In this document: in pieces, positions 18,339 to 27,531 of the stretch
Numbering within the stretch: the first letter of the stretch is position 1
Layout of the letters: every line of letters starts with the position of its first letter
Origin: Minisyncoccota bacterium
GTDB taxonomy: Bacteria; Patescibacteriota; Minisyncoccia; Phycocordibacterales; UBA9973
Assembly: GCA_041659785.1 (NCBI GenBank)
Contig: JBAZXO010000001.1
Location: 19,795 to 83,794 of the forward strand
DNA: 64,000 nucleotides
Reading direction: 5' to 3'
The notes under the pieces: model-generated
Seen by the model: only the letters and a program-made list of their open reading frames with translations
Told to the model about the DNA's origin: nothing
Database searches by the model: none
Position numbers and translations under genes: made by a program

Positions 18339-19748
18339 ATGGCTGGTGCAGAAAAAAAATCAGGTGGATTCATAGATTCTATTGAAGAAGGAATAAAAGA
18401 ATATTGGCCTTGGATCTTGGTCATAGTTGTTGTCTATTTTATTTTTCACTTTGATTTTCAATATACTCTAATAAGAAATTTACTGCCTTTAATAGGTACG
18501 ATATTTTTGGGCTGGATAGCTTGGAAAATGTGGGTTCATTATGTACAACAAGATTTTATTTCTGGAATAGATTTTGTTTTGCTTGAGATAGTTCCTCCAC
18601 GTGAAGTGTTACGTAGCCCTAAAGCTATGGAACTTTTTTTTACTAATGCCCTTTATCATTGGAGTCAGAAAGGAGGTCGTGAGGAGTATTGGCAAGGAGC
18701 TGTGTGGTTTTGGTTCTCTTTAGAAATTGCATCTATTGATGGGCAAGTACATTTTTATATACGAACACCGACGCGTGTAAGGGGTCTAATAGAGACACAA
18801 ATATACGCACAATATCCACAAGCACAAGTGAAAGCTGTGGAAGATTATACCCTCGCAGTAGATAAAATTTCTCCTGAGGGTGAATGGAACGCTTGGGGTT
18901 GTGAGTTTGCCCTAAAAAGACCAGAAGCGTTTCCAATTAAGACATATGTGGACTTTGGTTTAGATAAAGATCCTAAAGAAGAATTTAAAGTTGACCCCAT
19001 TTCTCCTGTTATTGAGCTTTTTGGCTCACTTCAGAAAGGAGAACAAATGTGGATGCAGATTGTTGTTAGGCCTTCTAAAAAATCATATCATACTAAGGGT
19101 ACATGGTTTGGACATCATGATTGGGTACAAGAAGCCAAGAATGAATTTTTTGTATTCATGAAGGATTACATGACTATAAAGGGTGAAGGTCATACACTTG
19201 GTAAAGATGCAAGAATTGAAATTCGTTCTCAGCCACACTTAGATACAACAATTAAAGCAATGAATGCAAAAATTACTAAGATTGGCTTTGATACTGGAAT
19301 TCGAGTTTGTTATGTGGCAAAAAAAGAAGTATATGATATGAGTAATAGAAGAAATATTCGTCTTATCTTTCGTCAATATGCAAATCCGGAAAATAATGAA
19401 CTTGAACGCGTAAATTCTACTCAAGCAGATGCTTTCAATACTTCTTTTTTCCCGCTTTCTAACGAAAAAGTTATGATATTAGCTGATAGAATGGTTCACG
19501 AATTTCGTGAACGAGGTTTCTTTCATCTTCCTATGAGGCATAATCTTTTTAATAATCATACGATTACAGGATTTACTTCTTTAGTCGTTAAACAATTTTG
19601 GCTTCCATATTTTCACCCCCCAACATTTGTTTTAAATGTAGAGGAGCTTGCTACATTGTGGCATTTCCCTGGTCAGATATTGAAAGTTCCTACGCTTGAA
19701 CGTATTGAGTCTAAGGAAGCTTCTCCTCCTACAAACTTGCCTATATAA
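18339..19748 (+). CDS. CPR-type membrane protein resembling the N-terminal module of VirD4/TraG-like ATPase fusions
   Basis: 2 TM; LLEI-x-PP, FSLEIAS, YAQYP, PIKTY, ELATLWHFP, C-terminal PPTNLP. Confidence 0.6.
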   Translation: MAGAEKKSGGFIDSIEEGIKEYWPWILVIVVVYFIFHFDFQYTLIRNLLPLIGTIFLGWIAWKMWVHYVQQDFISGIDFVLLEIVPPREVLRSPKAMELFFTNALYHWSQKGGREEYWQGAVWFWFSLEIASIDGQVHFYIRTPTRVRGLIETQIYAQYPQAQVKAVEDYTLAVDKISPEGEWNAWGCEFALKRPEAFPIKTYVDFGLDKDPKEEFKVDPISPVIELFGSLQKGEQMWMQIVVRPSKKSYHTKGTWFGHHDWVQEAKNEFFVFMKDYMTIKGEGHTLGKDARIEIRSQPHLDTTIKAMNAKITKIGFDTGIRVCYVAKKEVYDMSNRRNIRLIFRQYANPENNELERVNSTQADAFNTSFFPLSNEKVMILADRMVHEFRERGFFHLPMRHNLFNNHTITGFTSLVVKQFWLPYFHPPTFVLNVEELATLWHFPGQILKVPTLERIESKEASPPTNLPI

Positions 19749-19754
19749 TTTCTT

Positions 19755-20687
19755 ATGGAAAATATCTTAAATGAATCTGAAAAAGAACCCGAGCGTTCAA
19801 TGCTTAAGTTTAATAATAAAAATGTTTGCTTTTTAATTGGTGCAATTATCTTTTTAATTTTTTTATATTTTTTCTTTTTAAGCGCACCAAGAAATTTTCA
19901 ATCTCCCACTACAGTGAGAATAGATGCAGGCATGAGTTTACGTGGGGCATCTCTTAGACTAAAAAATGAACATATCATACGCTCTAGAGTGGCATTTGAA
20001 TCTTTTGTAATAATTCTAGGGGGAGAGAAGCACATAGTATCTGCTGATTATTTATTTGATAAAAAGTTACCGGTTTGGGAAGTTGCTTTCCGTATTGTAG
20101 GAGGTTTGCATCATACGGCACCAGTATCAGTGACGATTCCTGAAGGTTTTGATGTAAATCAAATAGCAGATGTTTTTGATGTAAAACTAAAGAATTTTGA
20201 TAAAGTTCAGTTTTTGTTATCAGCAAAAGATATGGAGGGTTACCTTTTCCCCGATACTTATTTTTTCTTGATTGATGCTAATGAGAAGAATGTATTGAAA
20301 TCAATGAATGATAATTTTGAGAAGAAAATTGCTCCCCTTAATAAAGATATCGTTTCTTCTGGGAAAAGTGAAAAAGACATTATAGTAATGGCATCAATTA
20401 TTGAAAGAGAGTCAAAAGGAGACATAGACAGAGCAATTATTTCTGGAATTTTATGGAAGAGAATTAAAATTGGTATGCCACTTCAGGTGGATGCCGCTCC
20501 AGAAACTTATCAAACAAAAGGTTTACCCAAGAGCCCCATTAGTAATCCTGGCCTTTTGGCAATTACAGCAGCATTGTATCCACAAAGCTCAACATACCTT
20601 TATTATCTTCATGATAAAAATGGAGGTATCCATTATGCAAAGACCTTCGCTGAGCATGTGCAAAATAAATTAAAATATTTAAAATAA
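19755..20687 (+). CDS. mltG: Endolytic transglycosylase MltG
   Basis: TIPEG, EGYLFPDTY, MASIIERE, GLP-x-x-PI-x-NPG. Confidence 0.9.
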   Translation: MENILNESEKEPERSMLKFNNKNVCFLIGAIIFLIFLYFFFLSAPRNFQSPTTVRIDAGMSLRGASLRLKNEHIIRSRVAFESFVIILGGEKHIVSADYLFDKKLPVWEVAFRIVGGLHHTAPVSVTIPEGFDVNQIADVFDVKLKNFDKVQFLLSAKDMEGYLFPDTYFFLIDANEKNVLKSMNDNFEKKIAPLNKDIVSSGKSEKDIIVMASIIERESKGDIDRAIISGILWKRIKIGMPLQVDAAPETYQTKGLPKSPISNPGLLAITAALYPQSSTYLYYLHDKNGGIHYAKTFAEHVQNKLKYLK

Positions 20688-20688
20688 A

Positions 20689-21216
20689 ATGAGAAAACAT
20701 AATTTTGCTTTTATTGATATAGAAACTACGGGACTCAATTTGCTCAAACATGAGATTATTGAGATTGGTTGTGTTTTAACAACTTCAACACTTGAAGTTA
20801 TAGAAGAGTTTGAGTTAAAAATAAAACCAGAACATATAGAAGATGCAGATCCTGTCGCCTTAAAAGTAAATCATTATAATTCTGATGATTGGGAGAAAGC
20901 TTATGATTTAGAAGAAGCCATGAATATATTTTCTTCAAAAGTGACAGATTGTATTATGGTTGGGCACAATGTTGCTTTTGATGCAGGATTTCTAGAACAC
21001 ACTTTAAATAAAATGCAGATAACGAACACTATGCATTATCATAAATTGGACACTATATCTATCGCTTGGGCCAAGCTCCATAATGATCCAAACCTAGAAC
21101 ACTTTTCTTTACGTGAATTATGTATGCGTTTTGATATAAAAAACGAACGAGCACACAGTGCTTTGCCAGATGCACGTGCAACCTTTGAGCTTTACAAAAA
21201 GCTGATGAATCTGTAA
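20689..21216 (+). CDS. DEDDh 3'-5' exonuclease (DnaQ-like)
   Basis: DIETTG, GHNVAFD, HSALPDA. Confidence 0.9.
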   Translation: MRKHNFAFIDIETTGLNLLKHEIIEIGCVLTTSTLEVIEEFELKIKPEHIEDADPVALKVNHYNSDDWEKAYDLEEAMNIFSSKVTDCIMVGHNVAFDAGFLEHTLNKMQITNTMHYHKLDTISIAWAKLHNDPNLEHFSLRELCMRFDIKNERAHSALPDARATFELYKKLMNL

Positions 21217-21225
21217 GTTTAAATT

Positions 21226-22470
21226 ATGAAGAAGAAAGTTGTTTTTGTCGGTATATCAGGAGGCGTAGATAGCGCTGTTTCAGCCGCAATGCTTAAAAAG
21301 CAGGGTTTTGACGTGGTGGGAGTTTTTATTAAAACTTGGCATCCAGATTTTCTAGAGTGTAATGAAGAAGATGAGCGTCGTGATGCTATGCGTGTGGCAG
21401 CTTTTTTAGATATTCCTTTTCTTACTTTTGATTTTGAAGATGTTTATAAAAAAGAAGTAGCTGACTATATGATAAGTGAATATAAGCTGGGGCGAACACC
21501 AAATCCAGATGTGATGTGCAACAAGGAAGTGAAGTTCGGCGCATTTCTTAAAAAAGCTCTTTCAATGGGTGCAGACTTTGTGGCGACTGGACATTATGCG
21601 GAGAATGGCGAGGTAAAAGTTGATTTTTTGAGTGGTGACGTTGCGAAGCAGGATATTCCTGAAAAAAAACAATTTTTACATCGCCAGCAAGACAAAACAA
21701 ATCATGCTTTTCTCAACCTGCCTGCTAAAGCAACGTCGGTATTCGAAAAACATAATTTGTTTTGTCTTAAAAAAGGTGTAGATTCATCCAAAGATCAAAG
21801 TTATTTTTTATGGACACTTAGACAAGAACAATTGAAGAAAATTTTATTTCCAATAGGGCATCTCAAAAAGACAGAAGTAAGAAAACTTGCTAAGAAATTT
21901 AGTCTTCCTGTAGCAGAGAAAAAGGATAGTCAAGGTATATGTTTTTTAGGAGCAGTAGATTTGAAAGATTTTTTGAAGCACTATATTAAAGTAAAAAAAG
22001 GAAAAGTTGAGAATGAAAAAGGGGAAGTAATTGGGCATCATGATGGGGCAGTTTTTTATACTTTAGGGGAAAGGCATGGTTTTACAATCACACAAAAAAC
22101 ACCGAAAGATGGTGCATATTACATAGTGGGTAAAGATATAAATAAAAATATTTTATATGTGTCACAAAATCCTCTCCCCAACCCCTCTCCATTAGTAACT
22201 AATGGAGAGGGGCGAAGGGGTGAGGCAATTAAAATTATTAATACAAATTGGATTTCAGAAGTTCCAGAAATTCACCCCGCCGATGGCGGGGCAAGTAAAA
22301 ACTATACTGCGCAGATTCGTTACCATAGTGAATTTTTGCCTTGCAAAATTAAAGTTCTTTCTAAGAATAAAGCTGAAATAATTTTTACAAAAACAATCTT
22401 GGTTGCTTCTGGCCAATCCATCGTGGTCTACGATGGTGATATTTGCTTGGGTGGTGGAGTAGTTGTATAA
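21226..22470 (+). CDS. mnmA: tRNA 2-thiouridylase MnmA with several repeat insertions
   Basis: SGGVDS, TPNPDVMCN, ATGHYA, KDQSYFL, DSQGICF. Confidence 0.95.
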   Translation: MKKKVVFVGISGGVDSAVSAAMLKKQGFDVVGVFIKTWHPDFLECNEEDERRDAMRVAAFLDIPFLTFDFEDVYKKEVADYMISEYKLGRTPNPDVMCNKEVKFGAFLKKALSMGADFVATGHYAENGEVKVDFLSGDVAKQDIPEKKQFLHRQQDKTNHAFLNLPAKATSVFEKHNLFCLKKGVDSSKDQSYFLWTLRQEQLKKILFPIGHLKKTEVRKLAKKFSLPVAEKKDSQGICFLGAVDLKDFLKHYIKVKKGKVENEKGEVIGHHDGAVFYTLGERHGFTITQKTPKDGAYYIVGKDINKNILYVSQNPLPNPSPLVTNGEGRRGEAIKIINTNWISEVPEIHPADGGASKNYTAQIRYHSEFLPCKIKVLSKNKAEIIFTKTILVASGQSIVVYDGDICLGGGVVV

Positions 22471-22477
22471 TTATCAA

Positions 22478-22948
22478 ATGCAACAATTTTTAACACAAAA
22501 TAGTGAACTTATTCTAAGATTATCAGTGGCAGTAGTTCTGGGTATGATTATTGGTGCCGAACGTATTTTTGTTCACAAAGAGGCTGGAATGAAGACCCAT
22601 GCACTAGTTGCGATGGGCTCAGCTGTTTTTGTATTAGTATCTGAATCAATGGCAATTAAATATATGAACTATCCAGGCTTTAACCCCACAATGATGGCTT
22701 CTCAAATCATTGTTGGTATTGGATTTTTGGGAGCAGGGTCAATTATGCTTCAAGGTTTCCACACAAGAGGCCTAACGACAGCTAGTGGTCTCTGGGTGAC
22801 AGCTGGCATCGGCATGGCATCTGGTTTTGGGCTTTACTCTTTGGCTATTGTTTCTACTCTTCTTATACTTATTGTTTTTCTTTCAATGAATATTATTGAA
22901 AAACCTATTAGAAAAATTTCTGGTGAAATAGACAATGGAATCAAATGA
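22478..22948 (+). CDS. MgtC/SapB family membrane protein
   Basis: G-x-ER...AG-x-KTH, QII-x-GIGFLGAG, GLTTA. Confidence 0.9.
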   Translation: MQQFLTQNSELILRLSVAVVLGMIIGAERIFVHKEAGMKTHALVAMGSAVFVLVSESMAIKYMNYPGFNPTMMASQIIVGIGFLGAGSIMLQGFHTRGLTTASGLWVTAGIGMASGFGLYSLAIVSTLLILIVFLSMNIIEKPIRKISGEIDNGIK

Positions 22949-24596
22949 AATTAGATCAAAATTTCTAAAATTTTTTGAAAATCGAGGACATAAAATAATT
23001 CCTTCTTCTTCGTTGATACCCAATGACCCTTCAGTGCTTTTCACAACAGCTGGAATGCAGCAGTTTAAACCTTATTATACCAATCCACAAAATGCTGATA
23101 AAGATTTTGGTAATAGAAATATTACAACAGCTCAGAAATGTATTCGTACCGGTGACATAGAAGAAGTCGGTGATGCTACGCATCTGACTTTTTTTGAAAT
23201 GCTTGGGAACTTTTCTTTTGGTGGCTATGGTAGACGTGAGGCTATTACTTATGCATATGATTTTATTGTTAAAGAATTAGGTTTGGAAATTTCTTATGTA
23301 ACTGTTTATAAAGGTGAGGGGATAGTTCCCAAGGATGATGAATCGCGCGCTGTTTGGGAAGAGTTAGGAGTGAAGGATATTCGTTTAGATGGTCATGATG
23401 TTTTTTGGGGGCCGACAGGAGACTCTGGGCCATGCGGACCAACAACAGAGATTTATTGCAAAAATGCAGATGGGGTTGATGTAGAAATTTGGAATATTGT
23501 TTTTAATGAATATTTTTGTGACAATTCTCGTGAAAAATTAGATAAAGGACAAGCTAATCTAAAAAAATTAGATGTTTTAGGCATAGATACAGGTATGGGG
23601 TTAGAACGCTTGCTTGCAACTGTTCAGAAAAGGAAAAATGTTTACGAAACAGATGTTTTTAATAATGAACAAACAAAAGAAGAAAGAATAGTTGCAGATC
23701 ATATAAAAGCGTCCCTTTTCATGATTTCAGATGGAGTAGTTCCATCAAATACTGGAGCTGGATATGTATTACGAAGATTAATAAGACGAGCAGTTAGATT
23801 TTCTAAACAGCCTCTGTCACAAGAAATAGAAAAAATAAAAAAAATTTACGAAGGAGTTTATGTTCTTGATGATAAGGGAGAAATAGAAAATGAAGAAAAA
23901 AAGTTTAGACATACGCTTGAGCATGGATTAAAAGAATTTGAAAAGGGGATAGATCCATTCGTTTTGGCTACTACTTATGGTTTTCCAATAGAACTTACTC
24001 TTGAGTTAGCAAAAGAAAAAGGACAGACGATTGACCTAGAAGAATTTCATAAAAAGATGGCAGAACATCAGAAATTATCGCAGACTTCATCCGCCGGTAT
24101 GTTTAAGGGTGGGCTTGCAAATCATAATGAAAAAACAATCAGACTTCACACTGCACACCATTTATTGCTTGCTGGACTTCAGGCAGTTGTAGATAAAAAT
24201 ATAAAACAACGAGGAAGTAACATCACCGAAGAGCGTTTACGTATGGATTTCTTGTGTGATCATAAATTAACTGATGAAGAAAAACAAAAAGTGGAAATCT
24301 GGGTCAATGAAAAAATTTCTGAAGGTTTAAATGTTGTTCGCAAAGAGATGCCCTTGGTTGAGGCAGAAAAGCTCGGCGCAGAAATGGAATTTGGTGCTAA
24401 ATATCCAGATATCGTATCTTTATATTTTATAGAAGAACCCGCCAAGGACGGGTCAGGTAAAAATGTTAATGTAATATCTAAAGAATTTTGTGGTGGACCA
24501 CATGTAAATAACACTAAAGAATTGGGTAAATTTAAAATTCAAAAAGAAGAAGCTGTAGCTGCTGGCATTAGACGCATCAAGGCAGTACTGGAATAA
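22935..24596 (+). CDS. alaS: Alanyl-tRNA synthetase, compact form
   Basis: LFTTAGMQQFK, HLTFFEMLGNFSFG, DTGMGLER, HTAHHLL, CGGPHV editing domain. Confidence 0.95.
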   Translation: MESNEIRSKFLKFFENRGHKIIPSSSLIPNDPSVLFTTAGMQQFKPYYTNPQNADKDFGNRNITTAQKCIRTGDIEEVGDATHLTFFEMLGNFSFGGYGRREAITYAYDFIVKELGLEISYVTVYKGEGIVPKDDESRAVWEELGVKDIRLDGHDVFWGPTGDSGPCGPTTEIYCKNADGVDVEIWNIVFNEYFCDNSREKLDKGQANLKKLDVLGIDTGMGLERLLATVQKRKNVYETDVFNNEQTKEERIVADHIKASLFMISDGVVPSNTGAGYVLRRLIRRAVRFSKQPLSQEIEKIKKIYEGVYVLDDKGEIENEEKKFRHTLEHGLKEFEKGIDPFVLATTYGFPIELTLELAKEKGQTIDLEEFHKKMAEHQKLSQTSSAGMFKGGLANHNEKTIRLHTAHHLLLAGLQAVVDKNIKQRGSNITEERLRMDFLCDHKLTDEEKQKVEIWVNEKISEGLNVVRKEMPLVEAEKLGAEMEFGAKYPDIVSLYFIEEPAKDGSGKNVNVISKEFCGGPHVNNTKELGKFKIQKEEAVAAGIRRIKAVLE

Positions 24597-24625
24597 ATTT
24601 GGAAGATAAATTATTAAATTAAAAA

Positions 24626-25099
24626 CCTCACCCCTGCCCCCTCTCCAGAATACTGGCGAGGGGTAAATGCAACATACTAAGTGTGCTATATTTTAAGTAA
24701 TGGTTATATTAAAAACAATAATTAAAGCAAGATATTTAAGGAAAGAAGAAACTAAAACAGAACAAATACTTTGGGAGAAACTTAGAAATAATAATCTTGG
24801 TATGAAATGGAGAAGACAGCATCCTTTGGATATGTTTATCCTTGATTTTTACGCACCTAAAATAAAACTCGCGATAGAATTAGACGGTTCTATTCATAAT
24901 ATAAAAGAAAATAAAGAATATGATAAAGATAGAACAGATTATTTGAAATCTAAAGATATACAAGTTCTGAGATTTTGGAATTCTGAAGTAGAAAAAGATT
25001 TAGAAAACGTTTTAAATAAAATAAAAGAAAAAACAAAAGAACTTTTATAAGTTTGTATTTTTCCCCTCTCTGGTACTCCGGAGAGGGGAAGGGGTGAGG
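24626..25099. mobile_element. Candidate inverted-repeat-bounded DUF559 nuclease element
   Basis: ~38-bp imperfect inverted repeats at 24626-24663 and 25063-25099 around a single nuclease ORF. Confidence 0.55.
24700..25050 (+). CDS. DUF559 / Vsr-like PD-(D/E)xK endonuclease
   Basis: AR-x-LRK..T..E..LW..LR, RRQHP, DFY, IELDG-x-x-H, RD/T..L, VLRFWN. Confidence 0.88.
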   Translation: MVILKTIIKARYLRKEETKTEQILWEKLRNNNLGMKWRRQHPLDMFILDFYAPKIKLAIELDGSIHNIKENKEYDKDRTDYLKSKDIQVLRFWNSEVEKDLENVLNKIKEKTKELL

Positions 25100-25196
25100 A
25101 GTATTTGGCTCAAATAGTTATCCCCATTTCACTTTCCAAAACTTCTGGGGGGGGGTTATAATTAAAAGAGTAATTTATTAATTTAATTTTTTACAT

Positions 25197-26282
25197 ATGA
25201 ATAAAAAAATATTAAGTGTTTTAGTTTTTTCTTTGTTCGTTTTAGGTGCCACAAAAGCTTTCGCTTCTTTAACCTTCAGCTCAGCTGCTATTACAGGAGA
25301 TGCTGCTTCTACGATAGATGTAGGTGCAGGGAATGCTTTGTCATTACAGACTACGAACAACGGAGCGATAACCACAGGAACAGGTTTAGTTACATTAGGA
25401 GGAAGTTTAAATGCTGCAGGTATTATTACTTTACCCATGACTACAAGTTCAACGACTGGTGTCATCTATAAAGGAGCAACACCTTTTATTCATAATTTTA
25501 ATTTTGGAAATAATGGAACAGTTACAACTGATGGTAAAAATACCTTCGTTGGAATAAATGCTGGTAATTTTACAATGGGGAGTACTGCGACATTAACATA
25601 TGAAAGCAGTAGTAATGTTGGTATAGGTCAAGATGTCTTAACAATTAATACTAAGGGATATGGTAATACTGCAACAGGTTGGTCTGATTTAAAACTTAAC
25701 ACTACTGGTAGTTGGAACACTGCATATGGGGTAACGGCACTTTATAATAATACAACGGGTAGTAATAATGTAGCAATTGGTGGAGAGGCATTAGGTTTTA
25801 ACACCATAGGTGGAGAAAACACTGCAGTTGGTGTTTATGCTCTTGATTTCAATACTACAGGAAGTCTTAATACCGCTAATGGTATGTACTCTCTTAGCTC
25901 TAATAGCACTGGTTCTCGCAACGTTGCATTGGGATACGCCGCGGGAGCGTACGAATTAGGGTCTAGTTCATTTTACGTAGATGCTTATGACCGAGCAAAC
26001 ACTGCAGGGGATAAAGCAGGGGCTTTGCTATACGGAACATTTAATGCGACGCCAAGTCTTCAGACTTTAACTATCAATGGAAAGATTACTGCAAGTAATG
26101 CTATGAATAAAGGCACAGTAGCTCTCTCTGCTGGCACAGCCACAGTCACAGTTGTCTCTGGTGCTGTCTGCGTAGTTAGCGAAACGACAACTGCTACAAA
26201 TGGAGTTAAGGGTGCAGTCGTCGGCACAACGCTTACAATCACGGGTACTGGTACAGATACTATTGCTTATATTTGTTTGTAA
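25197..26282 (+). CDS. Secreted adhesin-like protein with N-T-A-x-G-x-x-A-L beta-roll repeats
   Basis: Signal peptide; ~14-aa NTTG-x-x-N-x-A-x-G repeats; paralog of 36875-37861. Confidence 0.65.
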   Translation: MNKKILSVLVFSLFVLGATKAFASLTFSSAAITGDAASTIDVGAGNALSLQTTNNGAITTGTGLVTLGGSLNAAGIITLPMTTSSTTGVIYKGATPFIHNFNFGNNGTVTTDGKNTFVGINAGNFTMGSTATLTYESSSNVGIGQDVLTINTKGYGNTATGWSDLKLNTTGSWNTAYGVTALYNNTTGSNNVAIGGEALGFNTIGGENTAVGVYALDFNTTGSLNTANGMYSLSSNSTGSRNVALGYAAGAYELGSSSFYVDAYDRANTAGDKAGALLYGTFNATPSLQTLTINGKITASNAMNKGTVALSAGTATVTVVSGAVCVVSETTTATNGVKGAVVGTTLTITGTGTDTIAYICL

Positions 26283-26330
26283 ATTTTTCCTTCAATTTAT
26301 TTGCGTTCATGTTTATGTTATAATTAATGC

Positions 26331-27530
26331 ATGGGTATTTTTTCTGGACACAAAAAAGAGAATGAATTGATATTAGTTTTTAATATTGGCTCGTCTTCTG
26401 TGGGCGGAGCACTTTTTGAAACACAAAGCTCCGGTATCCCTAAGATAATCTTATCTGTTCGTGAACCGATACAGCTCGAGAAGACTATAGATGTAGATCA
26501 TTTTTTACTGTTAACGATAAAATCTTTAGAAATTGTTTCTAAAAAAATTTTTAAGAAGGGGCTAGGTGCTCCAGAGCAAGTATTCTGTGTTCTTTCTTCG
26601 GCTTGGTATGCTTCACAAACAAGGATAATTAATTTTAAAAAAAATACCCCTTTTGTTTTTACTGAAAAATTAGCTGATGAGTTAGTAAAAAAAGAAATAA
26701 AAATATTTGAAGAAGAACATTTGTTGAAATATAACACCGTTGACAATAGGGTCCGCACTATCGAACTTAAAAATATCAAAACGATGTTGAATGGTTATGA
26801 GACATCCAAGCCATTAAACCAAAAGACAAAAGAATTAGAAATGACTATTTTTGTATCTATCAGTGGAGAACAAATATTAAAAAAAATAGAAGATACGATA
26901 GGGAAATATTTTCATTTCAAACAAATAAAGTTCTCTTCTTTCGTATTGTCTTTTTTTACAGTGGTACGAGACATGTTCGTAAAACAAGAGAATTTCCTTT
27001 TATTAGATATTGGAGGGGAAGTAACAGATATATCTATGATAAAGAAGAATACTCTACGAAATTCAATATCTTTTCCTCTTGGTCGTAATTTCTTAATACG
27101 AGGAGTTGCAGAAGATCTAGATTGTACTTTAGATGAAGCTTATTCCTTCATTTCTCTTTTTAAAGATGGGCACGCAGAAGAATCTATTGCAAAAAAACTT
27201 TCATTAATCCTAAATAAATTAAGAGCACAATGGCTAAAAGAGTTTCAGGATTCTTTAGCAAATTTATCAAATGATATTTCTATACCCTCGACTATTTATA
27301 TAGCTATCGACAAAGACTTGGTGGACTTTTTTACTGAAACAATTAAAACTGAACAGTTTAGTCAGTACACATTAACAGAATCAAAATTCGAAGTTATCTT
27401 TTTAAGCACTGAGTTGCTTCATGGTACTGCAGTATTTAAAGAAGATGTAATACGCGAGCAGTTTCTGATTATTGACTCTATTTATATTAATCGTTTTCTT
27501 TCTAATCCCGCTATAGCGGAGCGAGCATAA
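26331..27530 (+). CDS. FtsA/PilM-like actin-fold protein
   Basis: (N)IGSSSVG and LDIGGEVTD phosphate motifs; FPLG. Confidence 0.65.
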   Translation: MGIFSGHKKENELILVFNIGSSSVGGALFETQSSGIPKIILSVREPIQLEKTIDVDHFLLLTIKSLEIVSKKIFKKGLGAPEQVFCVLSSAWYASQTRIINFKKNTPFVFTEKLADELVKKEIKIFEEEHLLKYNTVDNRVRTIELKNIKTMLNGYETSKPLNQKTKELEMTIFVSISGEQILKKIEDTIGKYFHFKQIKFSSFVLSFFTVVRDMFVKQENFLLLDIGGEVTDISMIKKNTLRNSISFPLGRNFLIRGVAEDLDCTLDEAYSFISLFKDGHAEESIAKKLSLILNKLRAQWLKEFQDSLANLSNDISIPSTIYIAIDKDLVDFFTETIKTEQFSQYTLTESKFEVIFLSTELLHGTAVFKEDVIREQFLIIDSIYINRFLSNPAIAERA

Positions 27531-27531
27531 T

